Source of the DNA: a virus
Virus record (IMG/VR): IMGVR_UViG_3300045988_121717
Strand: one strand, 5' to 3'
DNA: 58,909 nt
Shown here: positions 24,344 to 34,512 of the stretch, in pieces
Numbering within the stretch: position 1 is the first letter of the stretch
How the letters are laid out: every line of letters starts with the position of its first letter
Translations under genes and position numbers: made by a program
The notes under the pieces: model-generated
Database searches by the model: none
What the model was told of the DNA's origin: nothing
The model's input: the letters and a program-made list of their open reading frames with translations, nothing else

Positions 24344-24778
24344 TTACACTGAAATTTGGAACTCGTCGTCCCATCCGATGCCCTTTATCACACAAGAGCA
24401 GTGCAGCTCATCGGCATCCCATGTGAACTCGAAGTTCCGTACATACTCGGTGCGGGGGTTGACCTTCAGGGCTTCCGTGATGGTGCGCTCCACCATGGAC
24501 TGCTCGACATCGTGGTCGTTGTCCTTGATGGACTCCATCTCAGTGCCGATTGAGCGCGGGTACGCAAGGCACTGGTAACGCTCGGTCTGCGCCGCCTTGA
24601 AGCACCAGATCATAAACGCCTCGCGGCCATCGCACTCCAGAACGCGATTGGAGCCATCGCGCACGAAGTCACCTTTTTCGGGGTCCCACTTCATACTGCG
24701 GTGGTATTCCTTGTCGATCTGGGCTTCCTCATTGATGACTTCAGGCACATCGAAGGTCGGATACAATTTCTGTGACAT
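24344..24778 (-). CDS. Baseplate wedge protein (XkdS/DUF2634, gp25/W-like)
   Basis: 144 aa, located between the XkdR-like and J-like genes. RBS AAGGAGGG. Confidence 0.6.
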   Translation of the reverse strand: MSQKLYPTFDVPEVINEEAQIDKEYHRSMKWDPEKGDFVRDGSNRVLECDGREAFMIWCFKAAQTERYQCLAYPRSIGTEMESIKDNDHDVEQSMVERTITEALKVNPRTEYVRNFEFTWDADELHCSCVIKGIGWDDEFQISV

Positions 24779-24790
24779 GGTGTGCCCTCC

Positions 24791-25303
24791 TTACGAGCTG
24801 ACGATGATGTCAACAACAACAGCTTCATTCTGCACCCACGCAACCAGCACCCGGTCTCCGGGTTTCAGGCTACGCATTTTTTCGGGAACGAGAACGTGGT
24901 GCTGATGTGCACCTTCAGGTCCACCACTGCCGGCACTGCTCTGCGGTGGGTCTGGCGGGTCTGGCTGCCCAGCAGCGGGTTTGCCAACAATACCAGAGCA
25001 AGGCATTCCGCGAGAATCCAGCAGCGTCTTGGTCTCCTTGTGGTGGTGCTCGCCGCTGCCGGGTTTGCCGATGTTCTGGGTCTTGGCGAGGATGTCGCCG
25101 GTCTTGCCATAGGTGAGCTGCCGCAGAACGTGGTAGTCACCTTTCGGAATCGGGATGGGGAACGTGTTCGTTACCAAGCTCTCGTCATCCTTGATTTCGC
25201 CAAAGTCGAGGACAAGGGAGCTTTCGCCCTCCATGTGCTTGACGATGCGCTTTGCGATAGTCTGCCCCAGCCTGTTTGCGCCGGTGCTGGAGTCCATATC
25301 CAT
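24791..25303 (-). CDS. XkdR-like (DUF2577) baseplate/spike protein
   Basis: The C-terminus HHVLVPEKMRSLKPGDRVLVAWV and its position after the XkdQ-like gene fit this call. The ATG at 25303 lies 9 nt after GGAGG. Confidence 0.55.
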   Translation of the reverse strand: MDMDSSTGANRLGQTIAKRIVKHMEGESSLVLDFGEIKDDESLVTNTFPIPIPKGDYHVLRQLTYGKTGDILAKTQNIGKPGSGEHHHKETKTLLDSRGMPCSGIVGKPAAGQPDPPDPPQSSAGSGGPEGAHQHHVLVPEKMRSLKPGDRVLVAWVQNEAVVVDIIVSS

Positions 25304-25316
25304 AGGCACTCACCTC

Positions 25317-26555
25317 CTAATCGAATGTGCCTTCATCGACCCAGCCATAAACGTTGCTGGAGCTGTCAACGTGGATGAGATGCCACGGATGCGCCCCGCC
25401 ATTCTTACTGCATGATGGGTCTTTCGTGATCTTTGCCTTTCCTGCGGTGGCCTTATAGCCCTTGGCATCAGCGTAGCTGCTGACGTAGTGCATACCGCCG
25501 TGGAAATTTACGATGTCCCCTACCGCGTGTTTTCCGCCAGAATCGCTATCCTCATCAGGGGCTTTCAGGAGGTCGAGGGTCATCGTCATGGAATCAGCGT
25601 TGTGGACAACGCCTCTGGCGTAGTACATCCCATGCGATGTGCCAGCCTTGAGGCAGACAAGGTGTCCTTTGCGGAGCCATGGGATGTCAGGGGCGTTCAC
25701 AGACACCTCCTCAACCACCTTGCCATTCTCATCGAGGATAGCTTGGGCGGCGGACTTGGCATCTGCGAGCTTTTCATCGGACCCGCGCCGGTAGATGCGC
25801 TGGCGCGTTCCGTACTCGGTCAAGCCGGTCAGCGTAGCCTCGACGCTGCTCTGGCCGGATTTATTTTCCTGACCAACGACCTTGACCTTTGTTACAAGGT
25901 CTTCGGTGCTGAGGCTGTTGCTGACAATGAGCGTGTTGTCCAGCTTGAACACATAGACGGAATCGTTGCCGCCGTATGGCACAATATCCGCCTTGCCCTT
26001 CGTGGCACGGATGATGCACTTCTCGCCGCCCTTTTTGACGGCATCGTCCAGCAGTTCAAGAATGATGTCCGAGAGGTACTTGTTCTTGAACGTCAGCTTG
26101 CCGTGGGTGGCGTTGGGGCCTTTGTACTCGCCAATAGGAACCTCCCACTCATCGAGGAGCTTCTGGATGGCAGACTTCGTGCCTGTGCCATCTGGCAGGT
26201 ACAGATTGTCTTGGCTTCGCTGGAGCCGATACATCTCATCATAGCAGATGCAGGATAGGTCGCTGGCAGAGGAACGGTCTTGCGGGTTCCACTTCTCGGC
26301 ATAGCCACGAGCTACCTCCCCATTGAAAGAACCGCCATCGCTGGCGGTCACTACAATGAGGCTTCCGGGTTTCACAAGGCTGGAAAGCTGGCCTTTCGAG
26401 GTATCATCGTTCCGCGCCTTGAACGTCAGGCGCATGGAGATTTCCTTTGAGCTTTCCTCCCAGCCAAGGCCCTGAATGTAGTTCTTGATGTTGTACTGCG
26501 TACCATCATCGCCGATGACGGACACGCTGTATTTAACTTTCGAGATGTCTACCAT
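25317..26555 (-). CDS. Baseplate hub / late control D-like protein (XkdQ-like) with a C-terminal SH3-like segment
   Basis: 412 aa, directly after the LysM tail protein. RBS AGGAGG. Confidence 0.6.
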   Translation of the reverse strand: MVDISKVKYSVSVIGDDGTQYNIKNYIQGLGWEESSKEISMRLTFKARNDDTSKGQLSSLVKPGSLIVVTASDGGSFNGEVARGYAEKWNPQDRSSASDLSCICYDEMYRLQRSQDNLYLPDGTGTKSAIQKLLDEWEVPIGEYKGPNATHGKLTFKNKYLSDIILELLDDAVKKGGEKCIIRATKGKADIVPYGGNDSVYVFKLDNTLIVSNSLSTEDLVTKVKVVGQENKSGQSSVEATLTGLTEYGTRQRIYRRGSDEKLADAKSAAQAILDENGKVVEEVSVNAPDIPWLRKGHLVCLKAGTSHGMYYARGVVHNADSMTMTLDLLKAPDEDSDSGGKHAVGDIVNFHGGMHYVSSYADAKGYKATAGKAKITKDPSCSKNGGAHPWHLIHVDSSSNVYGWVDEGTFD

Positions 26556-26565
26556 TTCGGGCCTC

Positions 26566-27255
26566 CTACGGAATAATCAACGAAACACCGGGATAAATCC
26601 ATTTGCCGCTGTCGCTGCTCTTTTTGCCGTACTTCTTGGCAGCAGACTCAATAGCGTCCTTGTTGGCATCGTAGATTTTCTTCCACTGCGAACCATCTCC
26701 ATATTGCTTCTGCGCTATCTTCCAAAGGCTGTCTCCCTTGACGATGGTGTAGTTCTGGCCGGAGCCAGTGGTGGCCGCAGCAAGGTCGATGCGCGGGATG
26801 GTCTTCTTCGCATAGGAATCGGTGTTCAGCTCATCCGTGGTGTAGATTTCGAGGGGCTTTTTCTGCTCGAACGTGATGGAGTATTTGAGATTGCCGAACG
26901 CGCCGTAGCCTGTGACCTCGAACGAGGATACGGTAACGTCGATGTTCAGCCAGATGTCCGTGACGATGAGGGTCAACACGGTTTCGTTCTCGATGTACTC
27001 CTCGATGATGCTCCTGCAAGCCGCAGGGGGCATCCAGAGCAGCCGATTGACGATGGGCTCGTTTCGCCGCTTGAATCCAAAAAACTCGCTGCTCCACGAA
27101 ACGCTGGTCACATCCGTGCCGCGCGGGACCTTGACAGTGCCGCGAGAGATGGTGTCGAAGGTCTGGTACTTGGCTCCGTACTTGACCGCGATCTGCTCAG
27201 GCATAATGGAAAAGAGGAACGGAGTTCCGTTCCCTCCCGGTATCAGGCAAATCAT
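26566..27255 (-). CDS. LysM-domain tail protein (XkdP-like)
   Basis: The C-terminus YTIVKGDSLWKIAQKQYGDGSQWKKIYDANK is a LysM motif. ATGA overlap with the tape measure stop. Confidence 0.7.
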   Translation of the reverse strand: MICLIPGGNGTPFLFSIMPEQIAVKYGAKYQTFDTISRGTVKVPRGTDVTSVSWSSEFFGFKRRNEPIVNRLLWMPPAACRSIIEEYIENETVLTLIVTDIWLNIDVTVSSFEVTGYGAFGNLKYSITFEQKKPLEIYTTDELNTDSYAKKTIPRIDLAAATTGSGQNYTIVKGDSLWKIAQKQYGDGSQWKKIYDANKDAIESAAKKYGKKSSDSGKWIYPGVSLIIP

Positions 27256-30200
27256 ACGCCCACCCCCTTCAGCGGCATATTGGCGAACACTTCTTCCAAC
27301 TTAGAAGCAATCTTGCCGCACAACTCATCGGTAACGTCCCCCATGTGCCGCCGGATGACGGCCACGATTTCGTCGTCGGACTGGCCGCCGCCGGAGATGT
27401 TGAACTCCGGGCTGACCTCGACCTTGACGGTGACGTTCGGCTGCACTGCGGTCTGCTGGGTGCTGGACTGAGTATTGGAATTGTTGATGGAACTGGAGTA
27501 GTCCTCAGAGAGCGCATGAGAGTCGATAGGAGCCTCGTTTACGCTCTGGGTGAGATAGTTTAGTGTTTCGGAGGAAATCGCGTTGTAGGACGTGAGAGAG
27601 CCGGTAGAGCCAGTACCAACAAGACCGCCGTTTGCGTGGGCGGTGATGCCGAGGATTTCACCGGCCTGCTGGTACAGCTCAACCGCCCGCTCCCTTCTGC
27701 CGGGAACAAGCGGAATGATCATCTCCGGGCCTTCCTCGCCGACCCACGACAGCTCGCGGCCATTGACCATGCCGCCAGACGCATGGCCGCCAATGCTCAT
27801 GCTGTGGTTTCCAGCAACGTAGGGCGTGACGGTCTTGCCGGTGACAGGGCTGGTGTAGCTGTAAGAGCTGCTTGCGGCAGGGCTGGAGGAGAACAATCCA
27901 GAGGATGCGGAGTAGGTCGAACTGACAGTGACATGGGGTTTGACGTTGACGTAAGCATCCTTCTCGAACGGCGTGTCGGAGATAGCATCCAGCTCATCGC
28001 TGGTGGCATCTCTGGCAGCATCTCCGAGGCCGCTGCCCCGGATGGAGTCAGCGAACGAAGCGGGCATGGAGTCAGCAACGGATTTCAGCAGGTCGATGAC
28101 GGCGGCTTGCGTTTCAGCATCCATTCCGTTCAGGTCGAACCACTCCACAACATCAGAGTTAGTCCACTCTGCCACGTTGGGGTTGTCCTTCAGCGCGGCA
28201 TCCATGGCCTGTTGCAGTTTTTCGGAGGTCGTGCCTTTCAGGTTGGGAAGGATGCCGTCGAGGGCATCGCTGTATGCCTCAGCAATGGAATCGAGCTGGA
28301 ACGATTCGACTCGTACCTGAAGGTCGGAGATTTGAGCGTGGTAGCCATCGGTCAACGTCTGGACCTGACGATAGAACTCGTCTTGGTCGATTGCGCCGGT
28401 ATCGAGCTGGAGCCGGAGGTTGGTAAGGCTGACTTCCAGTGCATCATCGTACTGGCTGGTCATGCTGCTGACCGCGTTCTTCAACTCCTCCTGCATACTG
28501 GTGAACGACTCAGCGTCCAGAGCCGCGCCGCCGTACTTGATCTTGATGGCATCGAACTTGGCGTTTTCCTCTGCCGTGCTGACTTGGCTGGTGATGTCCT
28601 GAATCTGCTGTTGCAGACTGAGGATTTCGCTGTCGCCGTCGAGCTTCAGAACGCCGCCGTTCAGCTTGATATTCGCGTCGATGGCCGTGGAGAGCTTATC
28701 GCTCAGGTCATCGAGCTGATTTCTGAAGGATGCGTAGGTGCTGTCCAGCATGGTAGTGTCGGCAGCGTCTCCCATGATGAGCTTCAGGGCGAGATTCGCC
28801 TCATAGTGCTTATTCTGGAGGTAGTCTGCGGTGCTGGACACCATCGTGGACACGCTGGAGCGGTACTCCTTGATGTCGGCCTCGGTTACGGTCATGCCGA
28901 GGCTCATCTTCCAGTTTTCTTTGTCAAGATCGCTGACAGCTGCTTTCAGCGAAGTCAACGTGCTCTGGGCTTTCTGAGCCTGAGCGGTATAGCTGTCGAA
29001 CTTGCCTTCCATTCCGTCAAAAACGATGGTGGAGGCGGCTTCCTTGATTTCCTCAAGGGAGAGGTGCAGGTCGCCAAAATGCTCGACAATATCGTTGGAC
29101 ACTGCATTTTGCAGCATACTACCGAACTGCTCTGCGCTTACGTCAGCATCGTTCATGGCATCGGTGAGAGCCTGAGTTTTGAAGTTCACGTTCTCAACGG
29201 AATACCCGGTGAGGTCATAGACCTTCTGCATCTTCTCGGTAACGAGGGTGGACGCTTTCGCGCTCTCCTCGTATTCCTTCTTGATGCGCTTGCTCTCGGC
29301 GAAACCTGCGATACCGCCAAGGCCAGCTCCGATGAGGCCGCCAACAGCCGTTCCAACGCCGGGAACGATGGAGCCGATCATCGCGCCTGCGGCAGCACCA
29401 CCAGCAACGCCGGTGAGCTTTGCCGCTCCTGCGGAGGTGTAGGCTTTCTGGTACTCCTCATCGTTGGACCGCTGGGCTTTGTACAGGTCGATGATGCCGC
29501 TGATGGCAGATACGCCGCCGGTGGCTCCTCCAGCGATAGCACCAAGGCCGAGCGCACCAAGCGCACCGGCTCCAAGAGATGCAGTGGCGGAGAGGTTTCC
29601 TGCGCCGAGGCCAATGGCTGCGTTCGCGCCAAGACCCATCAGGCCAGTGCCGACGTTTGCAGAGCCGAGGATTGTTCCTGCAAGCGATGCTCCGCCGAGG
29701 GATTCCTGTGCGCCGAACACGCTCTTGCCTACTTTCAAAACGTCGCCGCCGATGCTCATAACCGGCATGGCGGCCTTTGCGATGATGGCCGCAGACACAA
29801 TAGAGCCGAGGTCTGCGCTCTTGCCGCCCGGAAGCAGCTTCCCTGCGCTGGACACCAGATTGCCGAGACCAGAGAACAGGTGCTCCTTGATGGTATCAAA
29901 GTCAAAGCCCTCAGCAAAGCCGGTAGCGAACGCCTTACCGACGCTCGCTCCATCGTTTACAGAATCAGAAACGTCGATGCCGAGGAGCATCATCAGCCCT
30001 GCGCTAAGGCCGGAACCGATGCCAGAGCCGATGTCGGACGCAATGCCAGAAAGGATGGATTTGCCGGTCGTTCCCCACCACTCCTTGAAGGGGTCGGCAA
30101 CGATCTCATTCCATGCGATGCTGACCTTGCCGCCGAAGTCTGCATTCTGCCATTCCTCGGTAGCGGTCATGTCCTTCACCTTGGCCTGAAGACGGTCATA

Positions 30201-31604
30201 CTTGCGGTCTACGAAATCCATAAAATCGTTCAGGGCAGATTCAATCTGAGGCATGGATGCCGTCAGACCGTCTGCAATGGAGCGAACATACGGATTCAGC
30301 CGCTTGCCGAAGCTGATCTTCACGCCATCCACCGCGCTTTGCAGCAGGGTGATAGAGCCAGACAGGTTGTCGAGCTGGGTGTCGGCCATGCGCTCGGACG
30401 CGCCAGCAGCATTGTCGATGGCGTTGGCCAGCTTGTTGTAGTCGGTCTCAGATGCGTTCAGGATGGCCAGCAAGCCCTTCTGCGCACCAGTGCCAGCAAT
30501 GGCATTTGCCACACTGGATTTCTGCTCATCGTTCATGTTGGCGGTGGCATCGCGCAGCTCCTCGATGACATCAGCCAGAGCGCGGGCATTGCCCTTGCTG
30601 TCAAAGAACTGGATGCCGAGGCTTTGCAAGGTGTCGAGGGCGTGGCCGGTGTTCGTGGACAGGCGGGTCATAATCATGTTCAGCGACGTACCAGCCATAG
30701 ATGCCTTGATGCCGCTGTTCGCCATCAGGCCGGTCATCAGGGCCACATCCTGAATGGAGTAGCCGAGAGAACCAGCCATAGACGCAGCGTACTTGAATGT
30801 TTCGCCCATCATGCTGACGTTCGTGTTGGCGTTGGAGGACGCTGCGGCCAGAACGTCGGAGAACATACCGGCATCCGATGCTTTCAGCCCGAAGGCAGTC
30901 AGGGCATCGGTTACGATGTCGGAGGTCGTACCGAGGTCCTCATTCGATGCGGCGGCCAAATTCAGGATGCCTTCAATGCCATCCATCATGTCCTCGGTCT
31001 TCCAACCGGCCATCGCCATGTAGTTGAACGCCTCAGCGGATTCGGTTGCGGTGAACTTTGTCGTTGCGCCCATTCGTTCAGCTTTCTTCGTGAGCTGGGT
31101 CAACTCATCGCCGGTGGCTCCGCTGACAGCCTGAACCTGAGACATCGCTGCCTCAAAGTCTTTCTGGGTGTTGACGGTATCGGCAAGGCCGAAGCTGACT
31201 CCAAAGAAAGCTCCAGCCTGAAGAAGCGGATTCTTGAGCAGATTGAGGACGGTACGGATGGGCGTGGTGGCAAAATCGAGAGCCTTCAGCGTGAAGCTCC
31301 ATGTTTTGCTTGTGAGCGACTTCAGACTGCCGCCGAGGGTACTAAGGACTGGCGAGATGCGTTCCTTGGCTTCAAGCGCGATCTCGTACTTCTCCTTGGC
31401 CCATTTTGCGAGCGACTTCTGGGTCTTATCGGCCTGTTCGTCGAACTTGGTGACATACCTGCGGGTACTATCTACGGACTTCCCAGCTTTATCAGCGGCA
31501 TCGCTGAACTTGTCCATTTTCTTGGTGACGTTGGACAAGGCAGGGTCGGTGTTGTCAATGGTTTCGATGGGAATTTCAATGCGAATGGTTTCAGCCGTTG
31601 TCAT
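27252..31604 (-). CDS. Tail tape measure protein (1450 aa)
   Basis: Very long, Ala/Gly-rich helical ORF directly after the chaperone pair, with internal glycine-rich hydrophobic stretches. Confidence 0.9.
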   Translation of the reverse strand: MTTAETIRIEIPIETIDNTDPALSNVTKKMDKFSDAADKAGKSVDSTRRYVTKFDEQADKTQKSLAKWAKEKYEIALEAKERISPVLSTLGGSLKSLTSKTWSFTLKALDFATTPIRTVLNLLKNPLLQAGAFFGVSFGLADTVNTQKDFEAAMSQVQAVSGATGDELTQLTKKAERMGATTKFTATESAEAFNYMAMAGWKTEDMMDGIEGILNLAAASNEDLGTTSDIVTDALTAFGLKASDAGMFSDVLAAASSNANTNVSMMGETFKYAASMAGSLGYSIQDVALMTGLMANSGIKASMAGTSLNMIMTRLSTNTGHALDTLQSLGIQFFDSKGNARALADVIEELRDATANMNDEQKSSVANAIAGTGAQKGLLAILNASETDYNKLANAIDNAAGASERMADTQLDNLSGSITLLQSAVDGVKISFGKRLNPYVRSIADGLTASMPQIESALNDFMDFVDRKYDRLQAKVKDMTATEEWQNADFGGKVSIAWNEIVADPFKEWWGTTGKSILSGIASDIGSGIGSGLSAGLMMLLGIDVSDSVNDGASVGKAFATGFAEGFDFDTIKEHLFSGLGNLVSSAGKLLPGGKSADLGSIVSAAIIAKAAMPVMSIGGDVLKVGKSVFGAQESLGGASLAGTILGSANVGTGLMGLGANAAIGLGAGNLSATASLGAGALGALGLGAIAGGATGGVSAISGIIDLYKAQRSNDEEYQKAYTSAGAAKLTGVAGGAAAGAMIGSIVPGVGTAVGGLIGAGLGGIAGFAESKRIKKEYEESAKASTLVTEKMQKVYDLTGYSVENVNFKTQALTDAMNDADVSAEQFGSMLQNAVSNDIVEHFGDLHLSLEEIKEAASTIVFDGMEGKFDSYTAQAQKAQSTLTSLKAAVSDLDKENWKMSLGMTVTEADIKEYRSSVSTMVSSTADYLQNKHYEANLALKLIMGDAADTTMLDSTYASFRNQLDDLSDKLSTAIDANIKLNGGVLKLDGDSEILSLQQQIQDITSQVSTAEENAKFDAIKIKYGGAALDAESFTSMQEELKNAVSSMTSQYDDALEVSLTNLRLQLDTGAIDQDEFYRQVQTLTDGYHAQISDLQVRVESFQLDSIAEAYSDALDGILPNLKGTTSEKLQQAMDAALKDNPNVAEWTNSDVVEWFDLNGMDAETQAAVIDLLKSVADSMPASFADSIRGSGLGDAARDATSDELDAISDTPFEKDAYVNVKPHVTVSSTYSASSGLFSSSPAASSSYSYTSPVTGKTVTPYVAGNHSMSIGGHASGGMVNGRELSWVGEEGPEMIIPLVPGRRERAVELYQQAGEILGITAHANGGLVGTGSTGSLTSYNAISSETLNYLTQSVNEAPIDSHALSEDYSSSINNSNTQSSTQQTAVQPNVTVKVEVSPEFNISGGGQSDDEIVAVIRRHMGDVTDELCGKIASKLEEVFANMPLKGVGV

Positions 31605-31764
31605 CCCCTCCCTTCTGCATGGATTCGATGGCTATTCGCGTTGATGCGAGCATAAAAGCCTGTACGCCGCGAGGCTTTTTGTAGAACTCGTCAGGGGTCA
31701 TGCCGGTCTTCTGGAAGATGTGATGCAGGAGGCACAGCTTCCCGCCGGACCGAATCAGTTTTTT
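31591..31764 (-). CDS. -1 frameshift extension of the tail assembly chaperone (G/GT-type)
   Basis: Slippery heptamer A_AAA_AAC (31758-31764) sits in the zero frame just before the stop. The -1 frame stays open for 55 codons (KKLIRSGGKLCLLHHIFQKTGMTPDEFYKKPRG...) and ends overlapping the tape-measure ATG. Confidence 0.75.
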   Translation of the reverse strand, partial: KKLIRSGGKLCLLHHIFQKTGMTPDEFYKKPRGVQAFMLASTRIAIESMQKGGDDNG

Positions 31765-32312
31765 GCGACTTCCTCCAGATTGGTGTCGAAGCCGCTCAAC
31801 TGGTCGATGGCCTCCAGAACACGGTCCTTCTCACCTGCCAGCAGAGAGTATTCGATGACATCCAGCGGTCCCATGATCTGAACATCGCGGTCGCGCAGGG
31901 CTTCCCAGACGGTCTTGTTGTCCCACAGCTTCTCGCGGTCCTCCTTGACGGTGGCCCGATAGATGATTTCGGAACGGTACTTGGTGCTGTCCGTGTTCTC
32001 CGGGAGCTTCATACCGAGCTGCTTATTGCGGACGTACTTGGTGTGCTTCTCGCGGCAGCGGTTGTAGTCATCGGCGTTCAGCGGATGGATGCGGAATGCG
32101 AAGAACAGGCGGCCGCCACGAACGATCTCGATGCGCTGGGTTTCGGTATTGCCAAAGCCAACGGCATCAATGAGGCCCTGAATGAAGGTCTCCTCGTTGG
32201 CCTTGATGACGCTCTTGGCCTCCTCCTCGGTGTACTCGGTATTGTCGATTTCGGTTTCAGCGGCTTCAGCGGCATTGCTCATAAGGGAAACGCTTTTCTT
32301 AAAGTCAGCCAT
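31755..32312 (-). CDS. Tail assembly chaperone (XkdN-like)
   Basis: ORF track 31755-32357. Start MADFKK follows AAAGGAGATT. Located between the tube and tape measure genes. Confidence 0.7.
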   Translation of the reverse strand: MADFKKSVSLMSNAAEAAETEIDNTEYTEEEAKSVIKANEETFIQGLIDAVGFGNTETQRIEIVRGGRLFFAFRIHPLNADDYNRCREKHTKYVRNKQLGMKLPENTDSTKYRSEIIYRATVKEDREKLWDNKTVWEALRDRDVQIMGPLDVIEYSLLAGEKDRVLEAIDQLSGFDTNLEEVAKN

Positions 32313-32394
32313 TTCAGTAATCTCCTTTGCATAAAACAAAAATGAGAGGAGGCTCATTGCCTCCCCTCATGCGGGTCAAATGGTGTGTTTCAGG

Positions 32395-32856
32395 TTAGCG
32401 GCCAGTGCCAAGCAGACTTGCCAGCTTGGGCGGATTGTTGACCGTGCAGTTGAACTGCCGCTTGATGTTGTCACCAACGGACAGGTTGTGCAGGTCGATG
32501 TCGCCATCGGGAATGACATCGCGGTACATGATGCGCTCCTCGGAACCGTTGCGGCCCTGAATAGAACCCTGAAAGTTCCAGCGAGGAGAATCGCCAGCTT
32601 CCATAGCGTCCATGATGTCGGTGAAGAACTCATCGCTCTCGATGACCAGCTCGGTGAAGCTCAGGGACACCTTGTAGCTGCCGGGAGTAACGTGCTCCTG
32701 CATATCGCCCAGAACCTTGTAGCTGGCATTGGAGAAGTTGACGGTGGACTTGTAGGTTTCAACGGAGGCCACCATCACGCCGTTGTCGTTGTAGAACGCG
32801 CCGTCTTTGCCGGTTCTGGTGAAGCGGGAGTCGGCTGCGGACGAAGTATTGAGCAT
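32395..32856 (-). CDS. Tail tube protein (XkdM-like)
   Basis: 153 aa, immediately after the sheath gene. RBS AAAGGAGGAAG. Confidence 0.7.
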   Translation of the reverse strand: MLNTSSAADSRFTRTGKDGAFYNDNGVMVASVETYKSTVNFSNASYKVLGDMQEHVTPGSYKVSLSFTELVIESDEFFTDIMDAMEAGDSPRWNFQGSIQGRNGSEERIMYRDVIPDGDIDLHNLSVGDNIKRQFNCTVNNPPKLASLLGTGR

Positions 32857-32870
32857 TTATGCTTCCTCCT

Positions 32871-34289
32871 TTACTCGCTGTCCGTGGTGTTGAAACGGAA
32901 CTTGAAATCGGTGTAGATGTGTTCAGCGGAATCCTTGTCGATTACGTCGATCAGGAACCATGCGCTGTCGCCGTCAGGGGAATATGCAGGGTTCAGGCTG
33001 ACGGTGCCGGAGGTCAGCTTGCTCTCAGCGATCATCTCGTTGACGATGGACTGGAGCGCACCGATGATGGCTGCGCGGCCAGCGTTGTCGTTATCGACCT
33101 TGCCGACCATGTTGTCGTTGGTGGTGTTGCACCGGCGAATCAGCTCGTAGCGGGTCTTGGTGCGGCGAATCTTCTTCCAGCCATCATCGCGGTCTGCGGG
33201 CGGGGTGACAAGGGTGTTGATTGCCTTGTCAATCCAGACCTGACCGCTCTTGTTCATGGTGAGGACGATGCAGCCGCTCTGCTCAGCCTTGATGATTTTG
33301 GTGTTGGACAGAGGCTCGCCCAGCCCAGAGAAACCGTTGATAACGGTGTGGGTCAGCGAGGAGCTGGATGCAGTGGAGCCAATCAGACCAGCCAAACGTG
33401 CGGCGGTCTGGTAGCCGTCCAGCATGGTGCTGCCATACGGAACAGAGCCGTTCAGGACGTACATCATGCGCTCGTCGTTGAAGGCTGCCGCGTGGCTCAT
33501 GCGGGTGTCGAAGTCAGTATCCTTCTTCTCGCCGACCACAGCGGTCATCAGAGAGCCAACATCCATCATGCGGGACATGAAGGACTGGACCAGCAGATGC
33601 ACAGCATTGTCCTCGGTGTCAACGCACAGCGTATTGATCTCGTAAGGCTCGGTCTGCTCCATGGCATCGGAGTACGCGCCGTTGTTGACGGTCGGGTTCG
33701 TGCCGGCGGTGAACATGGTCTGAGAGGTATCGGCCAGTTCCTTGGCGGTCTGGCCGCTCTTGGCGGTAGCGATGAAGTTGCTGGAATTGGCAAACGCCTC
33801 AGCCAGCGCACCGGCCTCGCCAGAGCCAGCAGCAAACTCGACCTTTTCAATCTGCTTGGTGCCAGAGTAGATGATGCACTCCTTGATGCTCTCGTCAGCC
33901 AGCGTCTTACGGACGGTGCAGGTCAGGGGCTTTGCGCCGGGGTACTTGGCGGTCAGGGTGACAGCAGCAGCCGGGCTTTCGCCAGAGCTTTTCAGGTCGA
34001 GGGTGGCTGCCGTACCGCCAGTGCCAACACGCACGGCGATGATGGTCTTTGCGCCGCCAGCGATGGCCTGTGCAATGGCATCGGTGGTCAGTGCATCGCC
34101 GAACACGTCCGTGTAGTCCTCATCGGAGGACATCTCAACAGCGGTGCAGAGCGGGCCGAAGTCTGCACGGAACAGAACAGCAGTCACGCCGTTCACAGCA
34201 CCAGCGGTTGCACCAGTGCCCTTCTTGCCGATGTGATAGTGCGCACCGGGGCGGATTTTCTTCTCGCCGGGAATATAGGAATCAGCCAT
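32871..34289 (-). CDS. Contractile tail sheath protein
   Basis: 472 aa. N-terminus MADSYIPGEKKIRPGAHYHI... and the sheath-tube-chaperone-TMP gene order support the call. Confidence 0.8.
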   Translation of the reverse strand: MADSYIPGEKKIRPGAHYHIGKKGTGATAGAVNGVTAVLFRADFGPLCTAVEMSSDEDYTDVFGDALTTDAIAQAIAGGAKTIIAVRVGTGGTAATLDLKSSGESPAAAVTLTAKYPGAKPLTCTVRKTLADESIKECIIYSGTKQIEKVEFAAGSGEAGALAEAFANSSNFIATAKSGQTAKELADTSQTMFTAGTNPTVNNGAYSDAMEQTEPYEINTLCVDTEDNAVHLLVQSFMSRMMDVGSLMTAVVGEKKDTDFDTRMSHAAAFNDERMMYVLNGSVPYGSTMLDGYQTAARLAGLIGSTASSSSLTHTVINGFSGLGEPLSNTKIIKAEQSGCIVLTMNKSGQVWIDKAINTLVTPPADRDDGWKKIRRTKTRYELIRRCNTTNDNMVGKVDNDNAGRAAIIGALQSIVNEMIAESKLTSGTVSLNPAYSPDGDSAWFLIDVIDKDSAEHIYTDFKFRFNTTDSE

Positions 34290-34290
34290 A

Positions 34291-34500
34291 TTAGTTGACC
34301 TCCTTGTTCAGAAAAGCTGCCACGACTTCCTTGGCCTTGGAAACGGTGCAGCTCTTGATGTTTGCGGACTTCATGGCAGCCTCGACGCACTCCTTCCGTG
34401 CGCCAAACAGTGCCGTGGCGTTCGCAGCGAACTCGCTCACGCTGTACTCGGCCTCAACAGGGGTCGGAGCAGCGTCAGCAGAAGCATTTTTGCTTGCCAT
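34291..34500 (-). CDS. Small hypothetical protein (69 aa)
   Basis: ORF track. RBS TAGGAGGT. Confidence 0.55.
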   Translation of the reverse strand: MASKNASADAAPTPVEAEYSVSEFAANATALFGARKECVEAAMKSANIKSCTVSKAKEVVAAFLNKEVN

Positions 34501-34512
34501 AGGTCTTACCTC

